Assembly (NCBI RefSeq): GCF_006345805.1
Contig: NC_042997.1
Location: 206,646,001-206,710,000 of the forward strand
Reading direction: 5' to 3'
From: Octopus sinensis
Taxonomy: Eukaryota
Length of the DNA stretch: 64,000 nt
Shown: one piece after another, positions 1-13,043 of the stretch
Numbering within the stretch: position 1 is the first letter of the stretch
Layout of the letters: the number at the start of each line of letters is the position of its first letter
The notes under the pieces: generated by a model
The model's database searches: none
What the model was told of the DNA's origin: nothing
What the model saw: only the letters and a program-made list of their open reading frames with translations
Made by a program: the position numbers and the translations under genes

Positions 1-2140
1 AAGCAATGATATTCCCCTATAGTTACCACAATCATTCCTGTTGCTCTTTCCCTTATAGAAGACCATCATTACTGTATCTCTCCAGTCCTCAGGTACAGAT
101 TCATTAGCCCATATCCTGCCAAACAAAGAGTGAAGTTGCTGCAGAATTTTCTCACCAACATGCTGTATCAACTCCGCGTGTATTCCATCCATACCTGGAG
201 ATCTCCCATTATTCATCCTTGAGACAGCTACCGCAACTTCTTCCAACTTTGGTGGTTCTGCAAGAGCCGCCTTCACAGGTAATCCAGGGATGAGATTGAG
301 AACATCATCACTAACTATGGACTGCTGATTCAAAAGTTCATCAAAGTGTTCTCGCCACTTTCACAGAATTCCTTGTGAATCACGAAGAAGTTCTTTACCA
401 TTCCTGCTTCGAAGTGGTGTCATTAGAGAAGTTGGTCCATAAACTTCTTGCAAAAGACCATACAACAGCTTTGTGTTATTGGAATCCGACGACGCCTGTA
501 TCTCATCAGCCTTCTTACTCCACCACGTATCCCTCATCTGAGAGAACCTCTGCCTCACACGTGATTTCACATCCTTGAGTTCCCTATGCAACACTTCCTT
601 TTCCTGTGGCTTTGCTGACAAATAGCATAACAAAGTATGTATTTTATCAGCCAATAAATCATCTATATGTTCGTCATTTTCTTTAAACCAATCTTGATGC
701 TTTCTTTGTATCAATCCCAGAACTTTCGTGCCTATATCATAAACTGACTTTTTAAGCTGTCGATCAATCCTTCCCAATATCTGCAGCATTCATTTCCTCT
801 CATAAAGTTCTCTTCACACTATTACACCTAAGACAATCAACATTCAGTTTTTTGGGTAGGGTAATACCTGCAGCCTGGGTTTTATGTTTTGTGACTAATT
901 TCACCTTTGCACGTACTAGGCAGTGGTCAGTTCAACACTCGGCTCTACGAAGAACATGAACACACTGCACGTCTCGTCTGTCACGCACCCTAATAAGGAT
1001 GTAATCCAGAATATGCCATTCTTTAGATGCAGGGAGCATCCATGTGGTCTTAAGCTTATTCTTTTGCTGAAACATGGTATTGGTAACACACAGACTCAGT
1101 TCCTCACACATCTGCAGCAAAAGCATGCCATTACTATTACATTTCCCCACCCCATGCTTTCCAATTACAGTTCATGTGTTAAAATCCCCTCCCACTCTAG
1201 CATTAAAGTCACCCAGTACATTGACTTCGTCTGCCCGAGGGATATTTCTTATAATACCCTTCAAAGCATGGTAGAAAGAAACATTTTCGTCATCAGTATA
1301 GCATATAGTTGGCACATACACACTCACCAAGGTCACATAATTTCCTTTAACCAAAGAAGTGGCATTTGCTGTTAAGGCTACTCTTGTGGACAAGTTAGAA
1401 GATTCCCAGTCGGGATTAACAAGTGTTTTAGGTCCATAACCAGTGTAAGCTATGGACCTAAGACGCTCGTTAATCCCGACTGGGAATTCTTTCAACTTGT
1501 CCACAAGAGTAGCCTTAACAGCAAATGCCACTCCAGCCTCTCTTCTAAACTCTTCATTCATCCCCTTCCAAAAGAATGTATATTTTCCATAAGATTCTGT
1601 AAGATGACCATCTCCAGCTAATCTCATCTCAGATAAAGCAACGATGTCAAGATCATAGCATTGAAGCTCCTTCGCAACAAGAGCAGTCCTTCATTCAGGA
1701 CATTATGAGGACTTGTGGTCAAGCAGTGTCCGTACATTCCAACAGCCAATATTCAATATTTTATTTGGTTCTATCATAGTAGCACGATGATGGCTGGGTT
1801 CAGACTGTGATGCTCTGGAGCCCCTGCCGGGCCAGACTCTTTCATCTGATGTGTTTCCAGAGTCCTTACTGCCATTTATTTTTATATTGTTTTGGCACAT
1901 CATTGATTGTTTGCTTTTTAAGGCTACAGCCAGCCATTCAGCTGAGACTCGCAGCACTCTCAACAATCATCAATGTTGTTATCATGCAATGCTTGTGCAA
2001 GAAGATTCTTTCTTAAAGTGAAGAAAGGCTGTGCACTGAGTCAATCTCACTCACTAACCACTCAGCCGCAGGTTTTATGTTGGAGTTATCCCAGTTACCC
2101 GAGCTGCTTTCTCCTAGAAGGATGCCCTAACAAGGGCTAG
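1..2140 (-). mobile_element. Decayed RTE (BovB-like) LINE: 5' part, APE endonuclease and start of RT; continues off the left edge
   Basis: [59 protein letters not shown]; LYKGKSNRNDCGNYRGISLL at 1-70; multiple stops and frameshifts. Confidence 0.88.
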
Positions 2141-2393
2141 GGGTCCTTCACTCCCAATGGTTTAACCGCGTGATCAGGTATTCGGTCTGATTATTTCTAT
2201 GTCCCTGTGCAAGATACAGCCATAAACTAGATAAAATAGATATAAGGGGAAAAAAAAAAAAACACATAGAAAACATACATAAATATACGATATGGAATAT
2301 ATAAAAAAAACTATAAAAAATATATATAATGAGCAAACTATAAAAATATACAATATATAAAATCAGTGAGAAAAAGGGGCATATTCAGCTATT

Positions 2394-2767
2394 AAAGTCT
2401 TATCACGCAAATACTTATTTATTCTCTAAATTTTGTCTTAGATTGTCTGACGGAGAACTCTCAGATTTTTCAAGTCTATTTTACTATTTGACTATTATCA
2501 ACACTTGCTGTCTCATTAAACTAGGATTAGTAGACCCTCTTCCTAGTTCGAGGTGCTTAGTTCATGCATTTCCTTAACCCAACATATTCATTGATTCATT
2601 CATGAAAGTCTTATCACACAGTCACTTAGTTATTCTCTAAATTTTGTCTTAGATTGTCTGACGGAGAACTCTCAGATTTTTCAAGTCTATTTTACTATTT
2701 CACTATTATCAACACTTGCTGTCTCATTAAACTAGGATTAGTAGACCCTCTTCCTAGTCCGAGGTGC
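2394..2767 (+). repeat. Two tandem copies (period ~211 bp) of an AT-rich block upstream of the RTE; homologous (inverted) to ~49800-49980
   Basis: aaagtcttatcac...ttttgtcttagattgtctgacggagaactctcagatttttcaagtc...gaggtgc at 2394-2556 and 2605-2767. Confidence 0.85.
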
Positions 2768-5700
2768 GCCTGCTCTCCCACCCCCTCCACCTGTACCGGA
2801 AGTTCCTATCGTTCCTATCCTTTCTCATCCCTGGGTTGCTTCCCATGAACACTGCAAAAGGCATTTCACCATCCCCACCCCCAGTCTCGGTCTATCTCCT
2901 ATGTAAGGTAATGTTCATATAGCGTAAAATATGAAAGGGTAGTGTTATGCAGGTTGAACTGAAGGCTACTGTATTGCTTGCCCATGAATACTGCCAAATG
3001 CAAGTTTTCTTTTCAGGTACATGAAGCTACTGTCCCCCGCCCCAGGGTCTCATGGGCCCACACCTCCCACACCCTCAGGGTTCGCACTCTCAACGTTGGC
3101 ACACTGAAAGGTAGGTCTAGTGAGATCATTGAGATACTTGAACGGAGATGTGTCGATATGTGCTGCATTCATGAAGTGGAGAGGAGGTTCTGCTAGGTTC
3201 CTCACAGGCAAAGAACACAGGTACAATATTTTCTGGGCTGGGAACACTGACAGGGTTGGGGGCGTGGGTATACTTCTCACTGAAAAATGAGTAGATAAGG
3301 TAATTGAGGTAATCAGAGTATGCGACAGAATACTTAAGATTAGATTAGTGCTTCACCATGGATTAGCAACCATTATATTGGGCTATGCCCTTCAACCGAG
3401 GCTACCCGATGGACAGAAATACAGATTCTATGACACCCTACTGCAGACTACCTTGTTGACGAACAACAGGGACCTTCTCTTTGTGGCTGGTGACTTCAAT
3501 GGACATGTTGGACAACATACAGAGGTCTTCTGTGGCATACATGGAGGCTACGGTTATGGTTCCCACAAAAGAGGAGGGAACCAAGCTGCTGGAGTTCTGC
3601 AATGGAAATGATCTTATGGTTTGCAACACTAACTTCAGGAAACCTACCAGTCACCTACCGATCAGACAGACATACTAGCCAAATTGACTACATTCTTGCC
3701 AGGAAAAGGGAAAGATGGCTGCTTATAAATGCCAAAACCTTCCCAGATGAAGAATGTACCCCACAACATAGACTGGTACCTAGTGAATTTAGGATCAAGA
3801 CTAAGTGAATGCCTAGAAGACAACCAGCATGGAGAAGAAGGGTCTGGAAGATATAAGATCCTGTGAATGGACAGAGATTTAGAGACATATTACTCGAAGC
3901 CTTTGACGAAATAGAAGGAGATATAGCTTCACATGGTGTAGAAGACAACTGGAGGTTTCTACGGGATGACATGCTGAGAGCCACTGACCAGATCTGTGGA
4001 TGGTGCAAAGTCCCCTCTTGACTCAAAATAACATGGTAGTTAAACAATGTTGTAAACAGGACTAAAAGAGAAAAGAGACAGGCTTGGAAGGACTGGAAGA
4101 ACGGTGGAAGCAGGGAACTGTATCAGACTGCCAAAAGGAAAGCTAGGAGACAGGTTTATTTAGGCAGGGGGGAAGTAGATAAGAAAAAATTTACCAATGT
4201 TCTGCGCCGTGAGGACCAAAGACTTGAGGTATTTCATGTTGCAAGACAGTGTATGAGAGAGAATCTTGATGTGGTAGGAGAGAAATATGTTCACAAGGAT
4301 GATGGTTCTCTTGCACTAAACGAGGCTGCAAAAAGAGAGATTTGTAGATGCCACTATCAAAGGTTGCTGAATAAAGAAAATGAATGGGAGAAAGAGAATC
4401 TGCCGAATGTCGACCCAACAGAGGAACCAGCTATCCAAGTTGACAGTATCTTGGTAGATAAAGAAATATAAAAAGTATGAAGACAAGGAAAGCCCCCGAC
4501 CCATCAGGAATTACTATAGAGATGCTCAAAATATCTGGCAGTGTCAACATTAGCCTTGTCACCCGTATAGTTAACCAGGTGATACACGAAGGAGTCATAC
4601 CCAATAACTGGTGTAGCAGCATAATAGTAAACTGCTACAAAGGTAAAGGTGATGCTTTAGATACAAATAATTACAGAGGTATCAAGCTGTTGGATCAGGT
4701 AATGAATATCACGGAGAGGGTCATAGCCCAACTAATTGGAAAAAAGAGTCAGTTTGGATGAGATGCAGTTTGGTTTCGTGCCAGGGAAAAGCACCACCAA
4801 TGCCATATTTCTGGTGAGACAGCTGCAAGTGAAATACATAGCCAAAGATAAAACTCTGTACCTGGCTTTCATTGACATGGAGAAAGCCTTTGACAGGGTC
4901 CCCCGATCCCATATCTGGTGGTCAATGAGGAAACTAGGGATAGATGAATGGCTAGTGAGAGCCATGCAAGCCACGTACAGGGATGCTGTCAGTAAAGTGA
5001 AGGTTGGCAATGAGTACAGTGAAGAATTCTGGGTAGAGGTAGGGGTCCACCAAGGTTCCGTCCTCAGCCCGCTCCTGTTTATCATAGTCCTCCAGTCAAT
5101 AACGGGGGAATTTAAGACAGGATGCCCCTGGGAGCTCTTCTATGCTGATGACCTTGCTCTAATTGCTGAGTCACTATCAGAACTGGAGGAGAAGTTTCAA
5201 ATGTGGAAACAAGGATTAGAATTGAAGGGCCTTAGAATCAACCTAGCTAAAACCAAAGTCCTAATAAGTAGTAAGGCAGGCAAACCACAAACGCCTTCAG
5301 GTAGATGGCCCTGTTTGATCTGTAGTAGAGGCATAGGTAGAAACTCTATAAGATGTACCTAGTGTAAGCTATGGACACATAAGAGGTGCAGCAATATCGA
5401 AGGAAGGCTAACTGGGAGGATAGCTTTTGTATGTGGCAGATGCTCAGGAGCTATAAATAACATTGAAATTGTGCAGAGAACAACTTCTGCCACATTCCAG
5501 GGAGAAAAACTAGAAGTAGTTGATAGCTTCCGTTACCTAGGTGACCAAGTCTGTAGCGGAGGAGGGTGCGCTGAAAGTGTAGCTACTAGAATAAGAATAG
5601 CCTGGGCTAAGTTCAGAGAGCTCTTACCTCTGCTGGTGACAAACGGCCTCTTGCTCAGAGTAAAAGTTAGACTGTATGACGCATGTGTACAAACAGCCAT

Positions 5701-6684
5701 GCTACATGGCAGTGAAACATGGGTCGTGACTACTGCGAACATGCATAAGCTCGCAAGGAATGAAGCCAGCATGCTCCGATGGATGTGTAATGTCAGTGTG
5801 CATACTCGACAGAGTGTTAGCGCCTTGAGAGAAAGGTTGGAGCTAAGAATCATCAGATGTAGTGTGCAAGAGAGAGATGACTTCGCTGGTATGGTCATGT
5901 GGCGAGAATGGATGTGGATAGCTGTGTGAAAAAGTGCCACACTCAAGCGGTTGAGGGAACCTGTGGAAGAGGTAGACCCAGGATGAGGTTGTGAAGCATA
6001 ACCTTCGAATATTGGGTGTAACCGAGGCAATGACTAGTGACTGGGACCTCTAGAAATATGCTGTGCTTTAGAAGACGTGGCAAGTGCAAGTGTGACCATA
6101 ACCTTGTGGCATATGCTAGGGGTGTAACCAGTCCACTTATGCGTGCCTTTCCTTCATTGGACACTAAACTCTGCTTGCGAAGACCAGTTGAGGCAAGTGA
6201 AATCGAAATCAAATTTGATGACTGGCATCCGTGCTTGTGGAGTGCTAAGAGTTCCATACAAGTGAGATTATTGCCAGAGCAACAAGCTGGCCTCCGTGCC
6301 GATGGCACGTTAAAAATACCATTCGTGCATGATTGTTACCTGCGTCACCTTACTAGCATTTGTGCTGGGGGCACATGAAAAATAACATTCAAGCGAGGTC
6401 ATTGCCAGTGACACTGGACTGGCTCCTGTGAAGGTGGAACATAAAAAGCACCATTTGAGCGTAGCTGTTGCCAGTACCACTTAACTAGCCCTCATGCCAG
6501 TGGCACATAAAAGGCACCCACTACACTCTCGGAATGGTGGGCGTCAGGAAGGGCATCCAGCTGTAGAAACTCTGCCAGATCAGATTGGAGTCTGGTGCAG
6601 CCATCTGGTTCGCCAGACCTCAGTCAATCGTCCAACCCGTGCTAGCATGGGAAGCGGATGTTAAACGATGATGATGATGATGAT
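2768..6684 (+). mobile_element. Near full-length decayed RTE LINE (PHD-containing family) with 3' UTR and (GAT)n tail
   Basis: APE (LNVGTLKGR, VAGDFNGHVG, QIDYIL); RT (DMEKAFDRVP, GVHQGSVLSPLLF, FYADDL); PHD-like CxxC motifs; ends gttaaacgatgatgatgat. Confidence 0.92.
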
Positions 6685-6814
6685 ATAATTACATACATAT
6701 TGGATGGCTGTTGACTCTTAAGAGTTCCTTCACTCTTTGACGGGTCTTGTTTTTCATCCCACAGGGTGTCCAATAAACACCCACCTTACTAATACATACA
6801 TGCATGCATCATGA

Positions 6815-7420
6815 TTAAATACAACTGAGAGAGAATACTGTACCAACACAAACGATGAAACATACAAAAGTGATGCAGAAACCTTTCTCTATAGCAGTAG
6901 ATAAACTGCAGAACTGGAAGGGACCTAACAGGAGGATATTGGTACAAGAAGCTGACATTTGTAAAGAAACCAATTGATATGTAAGTTCAAAAGGAGTATG
7001 GAAGGTCAGGCTGATATGCCACATTGGCTTGCTACAGCAAGGACAAAATCTTGTTGCCAAACATGAAATCACCGAGATGGCAGGAATCTACAGGCCCACG
7101 CAAGTTGCCACAACCAATTCCTCCAGGTCCATTGTGAGTCGAACAACATTGTGACTGATGAACAATGCTGATGGAAAGAAAGGAGTGTGGGGATGTGCCA
7201 AACAACTTTTAATAAACAAAGCCGTCCTGTCTGAAGTAAGAAAACAACGCAGAAATCTTGTGACAGTATGGCTTGTCTATAAGAAGGCATTCGACTCTAT
7301 CCCTCATTCATGGCTGTTGGAGTGCCTACACCTGGCAAAGGTACCTTCCACTCTAATTGTGAGTCTCTGTAGAGAGACTCACAAAGACATGGACAACAGT
7401 TCTCACCCTTCCAACTGAGA
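6815..7420 (+). mobile_element. R4/Dong-like (RLE) non-LTR RT fragment
   Basis: GVWGCAKQLLINKAVLSEVRKQRRNLVTVWLVYKKAFDSIPHSWL. Confidence 0.75.
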
Positions 7421-7447
7421 ACTTTTTTGCTTAAAACATTAAAACAG

Positions 7448-7745
7448 GCTTCAGATGGTGTAGATTCCAGTAAGTTGGGAATTTGGTGTGAAAAAAATGT
7501 TTTTGAGGGAGTGGAGAGAGGAGTTTCAGAAATTTGTTTCCTCATGACTTTTTGTAAAATGGTTATTTTTAAATGAAAATTTCCACAAATACCTTTAAGA
7601 GTCTGTATATTACGATAATAAAATAATTAAATATGAAAATAAAAATGCAGACATAAATACTGATCCATGTCAGATATTTGTTTTGAAACATTTTTTATTT
7701 TTTACAACAAATTCCAATAGAATTGGAATTTATACCATCTGAAGC
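7448..7745. mobile_element. Putative ~300-bp MITE
   Basis: Imperfect terminal inverted repeats gcttcagatggtgtagattccag / ttggaatttataccatctgaagc; no TSD identified. Confidence 0.55.
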
Positions 7746-7922
7746 ATATTTATAGAAAATCTCATTAAAATTATGTTTTTCTTAAAATTATGAGGAAAGA
7801 AATCCGTTGTGACACACAAGTATAGGAATGGTGCAGGTAATGCTCAGGCTAGTTGCTGAATATCATTGCACATGTGTGACCAGAAGTCCATAATAAACAT
7901 GTAATCTTTAAACTTTAATCAA

Positions 7923-7965
<43 letters not shown>

Positions 7966-8424
7966 TATATATATATGCATATATGTATGTATATATGGTG
8001 AATTTTAAAGCCTTTCTTGTAAGTTTTCTTTCACCAGATCAGACTGGAGCCTGGAGCAGCCCTTGGCTTCCCAGACCCCGGTCGAACCATCCAACCCATG
8101 CTAGCGAGGAAAACGAACGTTAAACGATGATGATGTATATATCACTCATATGGCAGTGTTGTCTGCTTCACACAATTTACCTGCTTACCACATCACATGA
8201 CTCAGGCTGATGGTCATGTGATAAGTAATTTCTAAGAGGGTAACCTGTTCAAGGAAAGAAACTTGGTTGTTCAGTTGAAGAAGGCTTCCAGAGCTAAATG
8301 GCCTCTCGTAAATACTTTAGAGTCAGGCAACGCTATAACTCTTGGTTCAACATTATTGGACATAAGAAAATAAAACACTTATTTCAAGAAATTTCTCTCT
8401 AAAGAATGATTAGTAGAAAATGTA

Positions 8425-8950
8425 AATCATCATCATCATCGTCATTTAACATCCACTTTCCATGCTGGCATGGGTTGGACGATTTGACTGAAACTGATAG
8501 GCTGGAGAGCTGCACCAGGTTCCAGTCAGATTTGACACAGTTTCTACAGCTGGATGCCTTTCCATATGCCAACCACTCCAAGAGTGAAATGAGTGCTTTT
8601 TATGTGACATTGGCACAGGTGCCATTTACATGACACTGTGTCTTCCTGGGTCTACCTCTTCTACGTGTTCTTTCCATATTTAGAGATTGTCACTTTTTTT
8701 ACACAGTTCTTCCTTGTCTGTATGCATCACATGACCACACCAGCACGTTCGTCTCTCTTGCACACCACATCTGATGCCTCTTATTTCCAACTTTTCTCTC
8801 AGGATGCTTACACCTTGTCACACTGACATTGCACTTCCAGCAAAGCATACTAGCTTCATTTCTTTCAAGCCTATGCATGTCCTCCGTGGTCACAGTCCAT
8901 GTTTAACTGTTGTGTAGCATGGCTGTTCACACACAGGTAGGAGCCAACAG
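8425..8950 (-). mobile_element. RTE LINE 3' fragment with (GAT)n tail
   Basis: MTTEDMHRLERNEASMLCWKCNVSV; (ATC)n tail and conserved 3' end on the minus strand. Confidence 0.8.
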
Positions 8951-8959
8951 AGGTAGAAA

Positions 8960-10638
8960 CTTTTGGAACTTTGCATCATGAGTATCAGAGATTTGAAGAG
9001 TTTCAAATTGCAAGAGTGTGTAAGAGAAAGTCACAATGTCATAGGAGAGAAATGTGTCTGCAAGGATAATGGCTCACTTGCATTTAATGATGCAACAAAG
9101 AAAGAGACTTGGAGAGATCACTATCAAAGGTTGCTAAATGAAGAAAATGAATGGGAGAGAGAGACCCAAATAAGGGACCAGCTATCCAAAATGACAGTAC
9201 CTCGGCAGATAAAGGAATTAAGGATATGAAGACAGGGAAAAATCCCAGCCCATAAGGAATCACTGCAGAGATGCTCAAAATATCTGGCGGTGTAGGCTAT
9301 AGTCTAGTCACCTGTATAGTCAACCAGGTGATACGCGAAGGAGTCATACCCAATGACTGGTGTAGCAGCACCATAGTCAACTGCTAAAAAGATAAAGGTA
9401 ACGTATTAGATAGGAGAAATTACAGAGGTATTAAATTGTTGGATCAGGCGATGAAAGTCACTGAGAGGGTCATAACCCAACTAATTAGGGATGGAGTTAG
9501 TTTAGATGAGATGCAGTTTGGGTTTGTGCCAGGTAGAAGCACCAATGATGCTATATTTCTGGTAAGATAGCTGCAGGAGAAATACCTAGCGAAAGATAAA
9601 CCCCTGTACCTGGCTTTTGTTGACATAGAGAAGGCCTCCAACAGGGTCCCCAGATCCCTTATCTAGTGGTCAATGAGGAAACTAGGGATAGATGAGTGGT
9701 TGGTGAGAGCTGTATATGCCTTATATAGGGATGCTGTCAGTAAGGTGAGGGTTAGCAATGAGTATAGTGAATAATTCAAGGTGCAAGTAGAGGTTCACCA
9801 ATCATCAGTCCTCAGTCCCCTCTTATTCATCATAGTCCTCCAGGCAATAACAGAGGAATTTAAGACAGGCTGCCTCTGGGAGTTCCTCTATGTCGATGAC
9901 CTTGCTCTGATATCTGAATCACTACCGGAACTAGATAAGAAATTTCATGTACGGAAGCAAGGTCTGGAATCGCAGGCCCTTAGAGTTAAGCTTCCAGAAG
10001 CCAAAGTCTTAGTAAGCAGGAAGGTGGACAAATCACAAATTCCTTTAGGTAGATGGCTCTGCTCAATCTGTAGAAAAGGTGTACTCTATAAGCTATGGAC
10101 ATGTAAGAGGTACAACAATATTAGAAGGTTAACAGGGAAAATAAGTTATGTATGTTGAAGGTGCACTGGTACAATAAACACCGAAAGTATAGAGAAAATA
10201 GATTCTTTCACATGCCAGTGGGAGTATCTAGAAGAAGTCAATAGCTTCCATTACCTAGGTGACCAAGTTTGTATCAGGGGTTGAATGCTCTGAGAGTGTA
10301 GTGGCTAGAATAAGAATAGCCTGGGCAGAGTTCAGAGACCTCCTACCTCTGCTGGTAACAAAGTGTCTCTCTTTCAGAATGAAAGGCAAACTGTATGATG
10401 CATGTGTACAAACAGCTATGCTACACAGTAGGGAAACATGGGCTGTGACTGTTGAGGATATACCTAGGTTTGTAAGAAATGAAGCTAGTATTCTTCACAG
10501 GATGTGTAATGTCAGTGTGCATGCATGACAGATTGTAAGCATCTTGAGAGAAAAGTTAGGCATAAGAAGCATCAGGTGTGATGTGCAAGAGAGACGACTG
10601 CATTGGTATGGCCATGTGATGTGTATGGATGAGGACAG
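8960..10638 (+). mobile_element. Decayed RTE LINE RT fragment
   Basis: SSVLSPLLFIIVLQAITEEFKTGCLWEFLYVDDLAL; RIRIAWAEFRDLLPLL; many stops. Confidence 0.88.
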
Positions 10639-10762
10639 CTTAAACGAGGGACATAGTCATACGGCATAGAATGCTTTTTAACTCAACAGACGCCAGTGAT
10701 TGGTTGAAATTGAAGAAATTAAAGACCAAATATCTTACAAACTATAGAATTTTCTCAATAAA

Positions 10763-11500
10763 TGAACTTGGCACGTATGTGAGCACACATGTGTATGAGA
10801 CTAATGTGTATAAGTATCTATGCATGTGTGTATCTATGTCCATGCTTTTGGTTTATGTGTGTGTGTATAAGTCTATGCGATGTAACTGTGTGTGCAAGCA
10901 AGTGGATGTATATAAAGCTATTGTGTGTGTTCATGCGTGTTGGTGCGTACATGTGTATATATATGAAGCTAATGCGCACATATCTTGTGTGAGTGTGTGT
11001 GTCTGTGCACCACAATTTAATGTCCATGGCTGGGTGTCCTTCCTGTAGCCAAGTGCTACATGTTTCCAAATGAGGGAATATTTCTCCACTATCAGACATG
11101 TTTTTCATGGAATACTGGAAATGACACAACATCACTTGTGTGATGGTGATGTTCATTTACAACCATCGTGTGCTGTCAACACCTGGCTACTCACCCCCCC
11201 CCCACACACACATATGTATATATATGTATGTATGTATTACAAAATATAAAGTTATATCTTGAGTGACAACAACACTCAAGATATACAACGGACTGGAAAT
11301 AGAAGTGCTCCAATGAGCTGTATACACTTTTTATAAAAAAGTATATATGTATGTATAAATGATGAGCTTCTTTCGGTTTCTATCAATGAAACCCACTCCC
11401 AAGGCTTTGGCCAACCACTGACCTAAAGCAGAAGACACTTGTCCAAAATGCTGTGAGTGGAATTGAACCTGAAACCACGAGGTCAGGAAATTAGCTTCTC
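10763..11500. repeat. TG-rich block plus SINE remnant, paralogous to 39655-40250
   Basis: Same composite order and shared diagnostic variants in both copies. Confidence 0.8.
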
Positions 11501-11519
11501 AACAACATATGTATCTGTT

Positions 11520-12870
11520 TTTTCTAGCGGTGTCATATGAAATTGTCACCCATAATTATGATCCTAGTATCGATCTATTGCATTTCAATCTGTTTTAGGG
11601 GTGGGGGGAAGGGTATCTTTTTTTCTTCACAAATGTAAATAAACCCAATGTGTTTCTTAAACGAGGGACATAGTCATACGGCATAGAATGCTTTTTAACT
11701 CAACAGACGCCAGTGATTGGTTGAAATTGAAGAAATTAAAGACCAAATATCTTACAAACTATAGAATTTTCTCAATAAAGCCAAGAGAAAAAGATGTTTT
11801 ATAAACACATTCTACCAGTATACAAAGTTTAACATTTTTTAGTTAACTAGAAATTATGTTTAAAACTGCCGGTCAAACCGAAAAGATCCAAATAATGTTT
11901 TCTTTTGACACTTTCTACCAGTATACGAAGTTTTAGAGTGTTTGTTGAAAACTGCCGTTCAAAAGGAAAAGATCCCCTTTATGTTTGTCCCCTCTGTGGG
12001 CAGTAAAGAAAAAAAAAATGGAATGAGACGGCATTCGGTAAATTCCGTAAATTCACTGAACGAACACATGGCAGAGACGTAAAGGGACCCGTCCGCCCCT
12101 TTAGATAAAAAAAAAATTGTTTTTATGGAATCCCACGTTTTCGGCTATGGAGATTTCCGATTTTGAAAAGAAAAACTGTTTGTAAAATTTCAATTAAAAA
12201 AAGACCAAAAAAAAACCCCCGGAGATTACCGCAACCCCCCGAATCAGAAGATAGTCGAAGTATATCGCTGAGTCATTTTGGCGATATGAAGTGGTCTGGG
12301 CGATCTCCATAAATTCACTGAACGAACACATGGCAGAGACGTAAAGGGACCCGTCCGCCCCTTTAGATAAAAAAAAAAATTGTTTTTATGGAATCCCACG
12401 TTTTCGGCTACGGAGATTTCCGATTTTGAAAAGAAAAACTGTTTGTAAAATTTCAATTAAAAAAAGACCAAAAAAAAAAAACCCCAGAGATTACCGCAAC
12501 CCCCCAAATCAGAAGATAGTCGAAGTATATCGCTGAGTCATTTTGGCGATATGAAGTGGTCTGGTGTCGACGGATCTATGTTTCGAGAAATTTATGGATT
12601 TACAGCGAAGAAAAGATTCCCAGAATTTCTTATAACATTTCTCAAACCCTTTTGCCCAAGTTTATTCCCAACGGACGTTTCAGTCGTGAAAAGAAAAACA
12701 CTTTCATTTCACTTTGTCACATATTACTCTGAAGGAAATTACTCTGAAAAGAAACCTTTGCAGAAAAGAAGGTGAGTAGATTCATTCCATATTTCTTTCA
12801 TTATGTTATCGCAGTTTTGTGAGATTTGGCTGTTATTTCTAGCATAATTCCTCTGTTCATTTTCAGGCAG
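11520..12870. repeat. Unclassified dispersed repeat containing a ~262-265-bp tandem duplication (12048-12299 / 12310-12564)
   Basis: Near-identical taaattcactgaacgaac...gaagtggtctgg blocks; motifs shared with 23510-24110 (agggtatctttt, ttcacaaatgtaaataaac). Confidence 0.6.
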
Positions 12871-13043
12871 CAGGATGAAGGAGAATTGCCAACTTTGTTC
12901 AGCTACAACAAAGGACATAAAAAACTTTATTGATATTTAAGGGCACAAATTTTGATTCAGTTCCTAGAGATGCCAATATTTTAATATTACATTTCTTCTC
13001 TCACCTAAATGTAAATACAAAGACAAGAACGAGAAGACATATA

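Noticed and set aside
2100-2200. HDV-like ribozyme at the RTE 5' end
   Set aside because: A hairpin is visible, but a complete nested double pseudoknot could not be assigned by eye; it needs a motif search.
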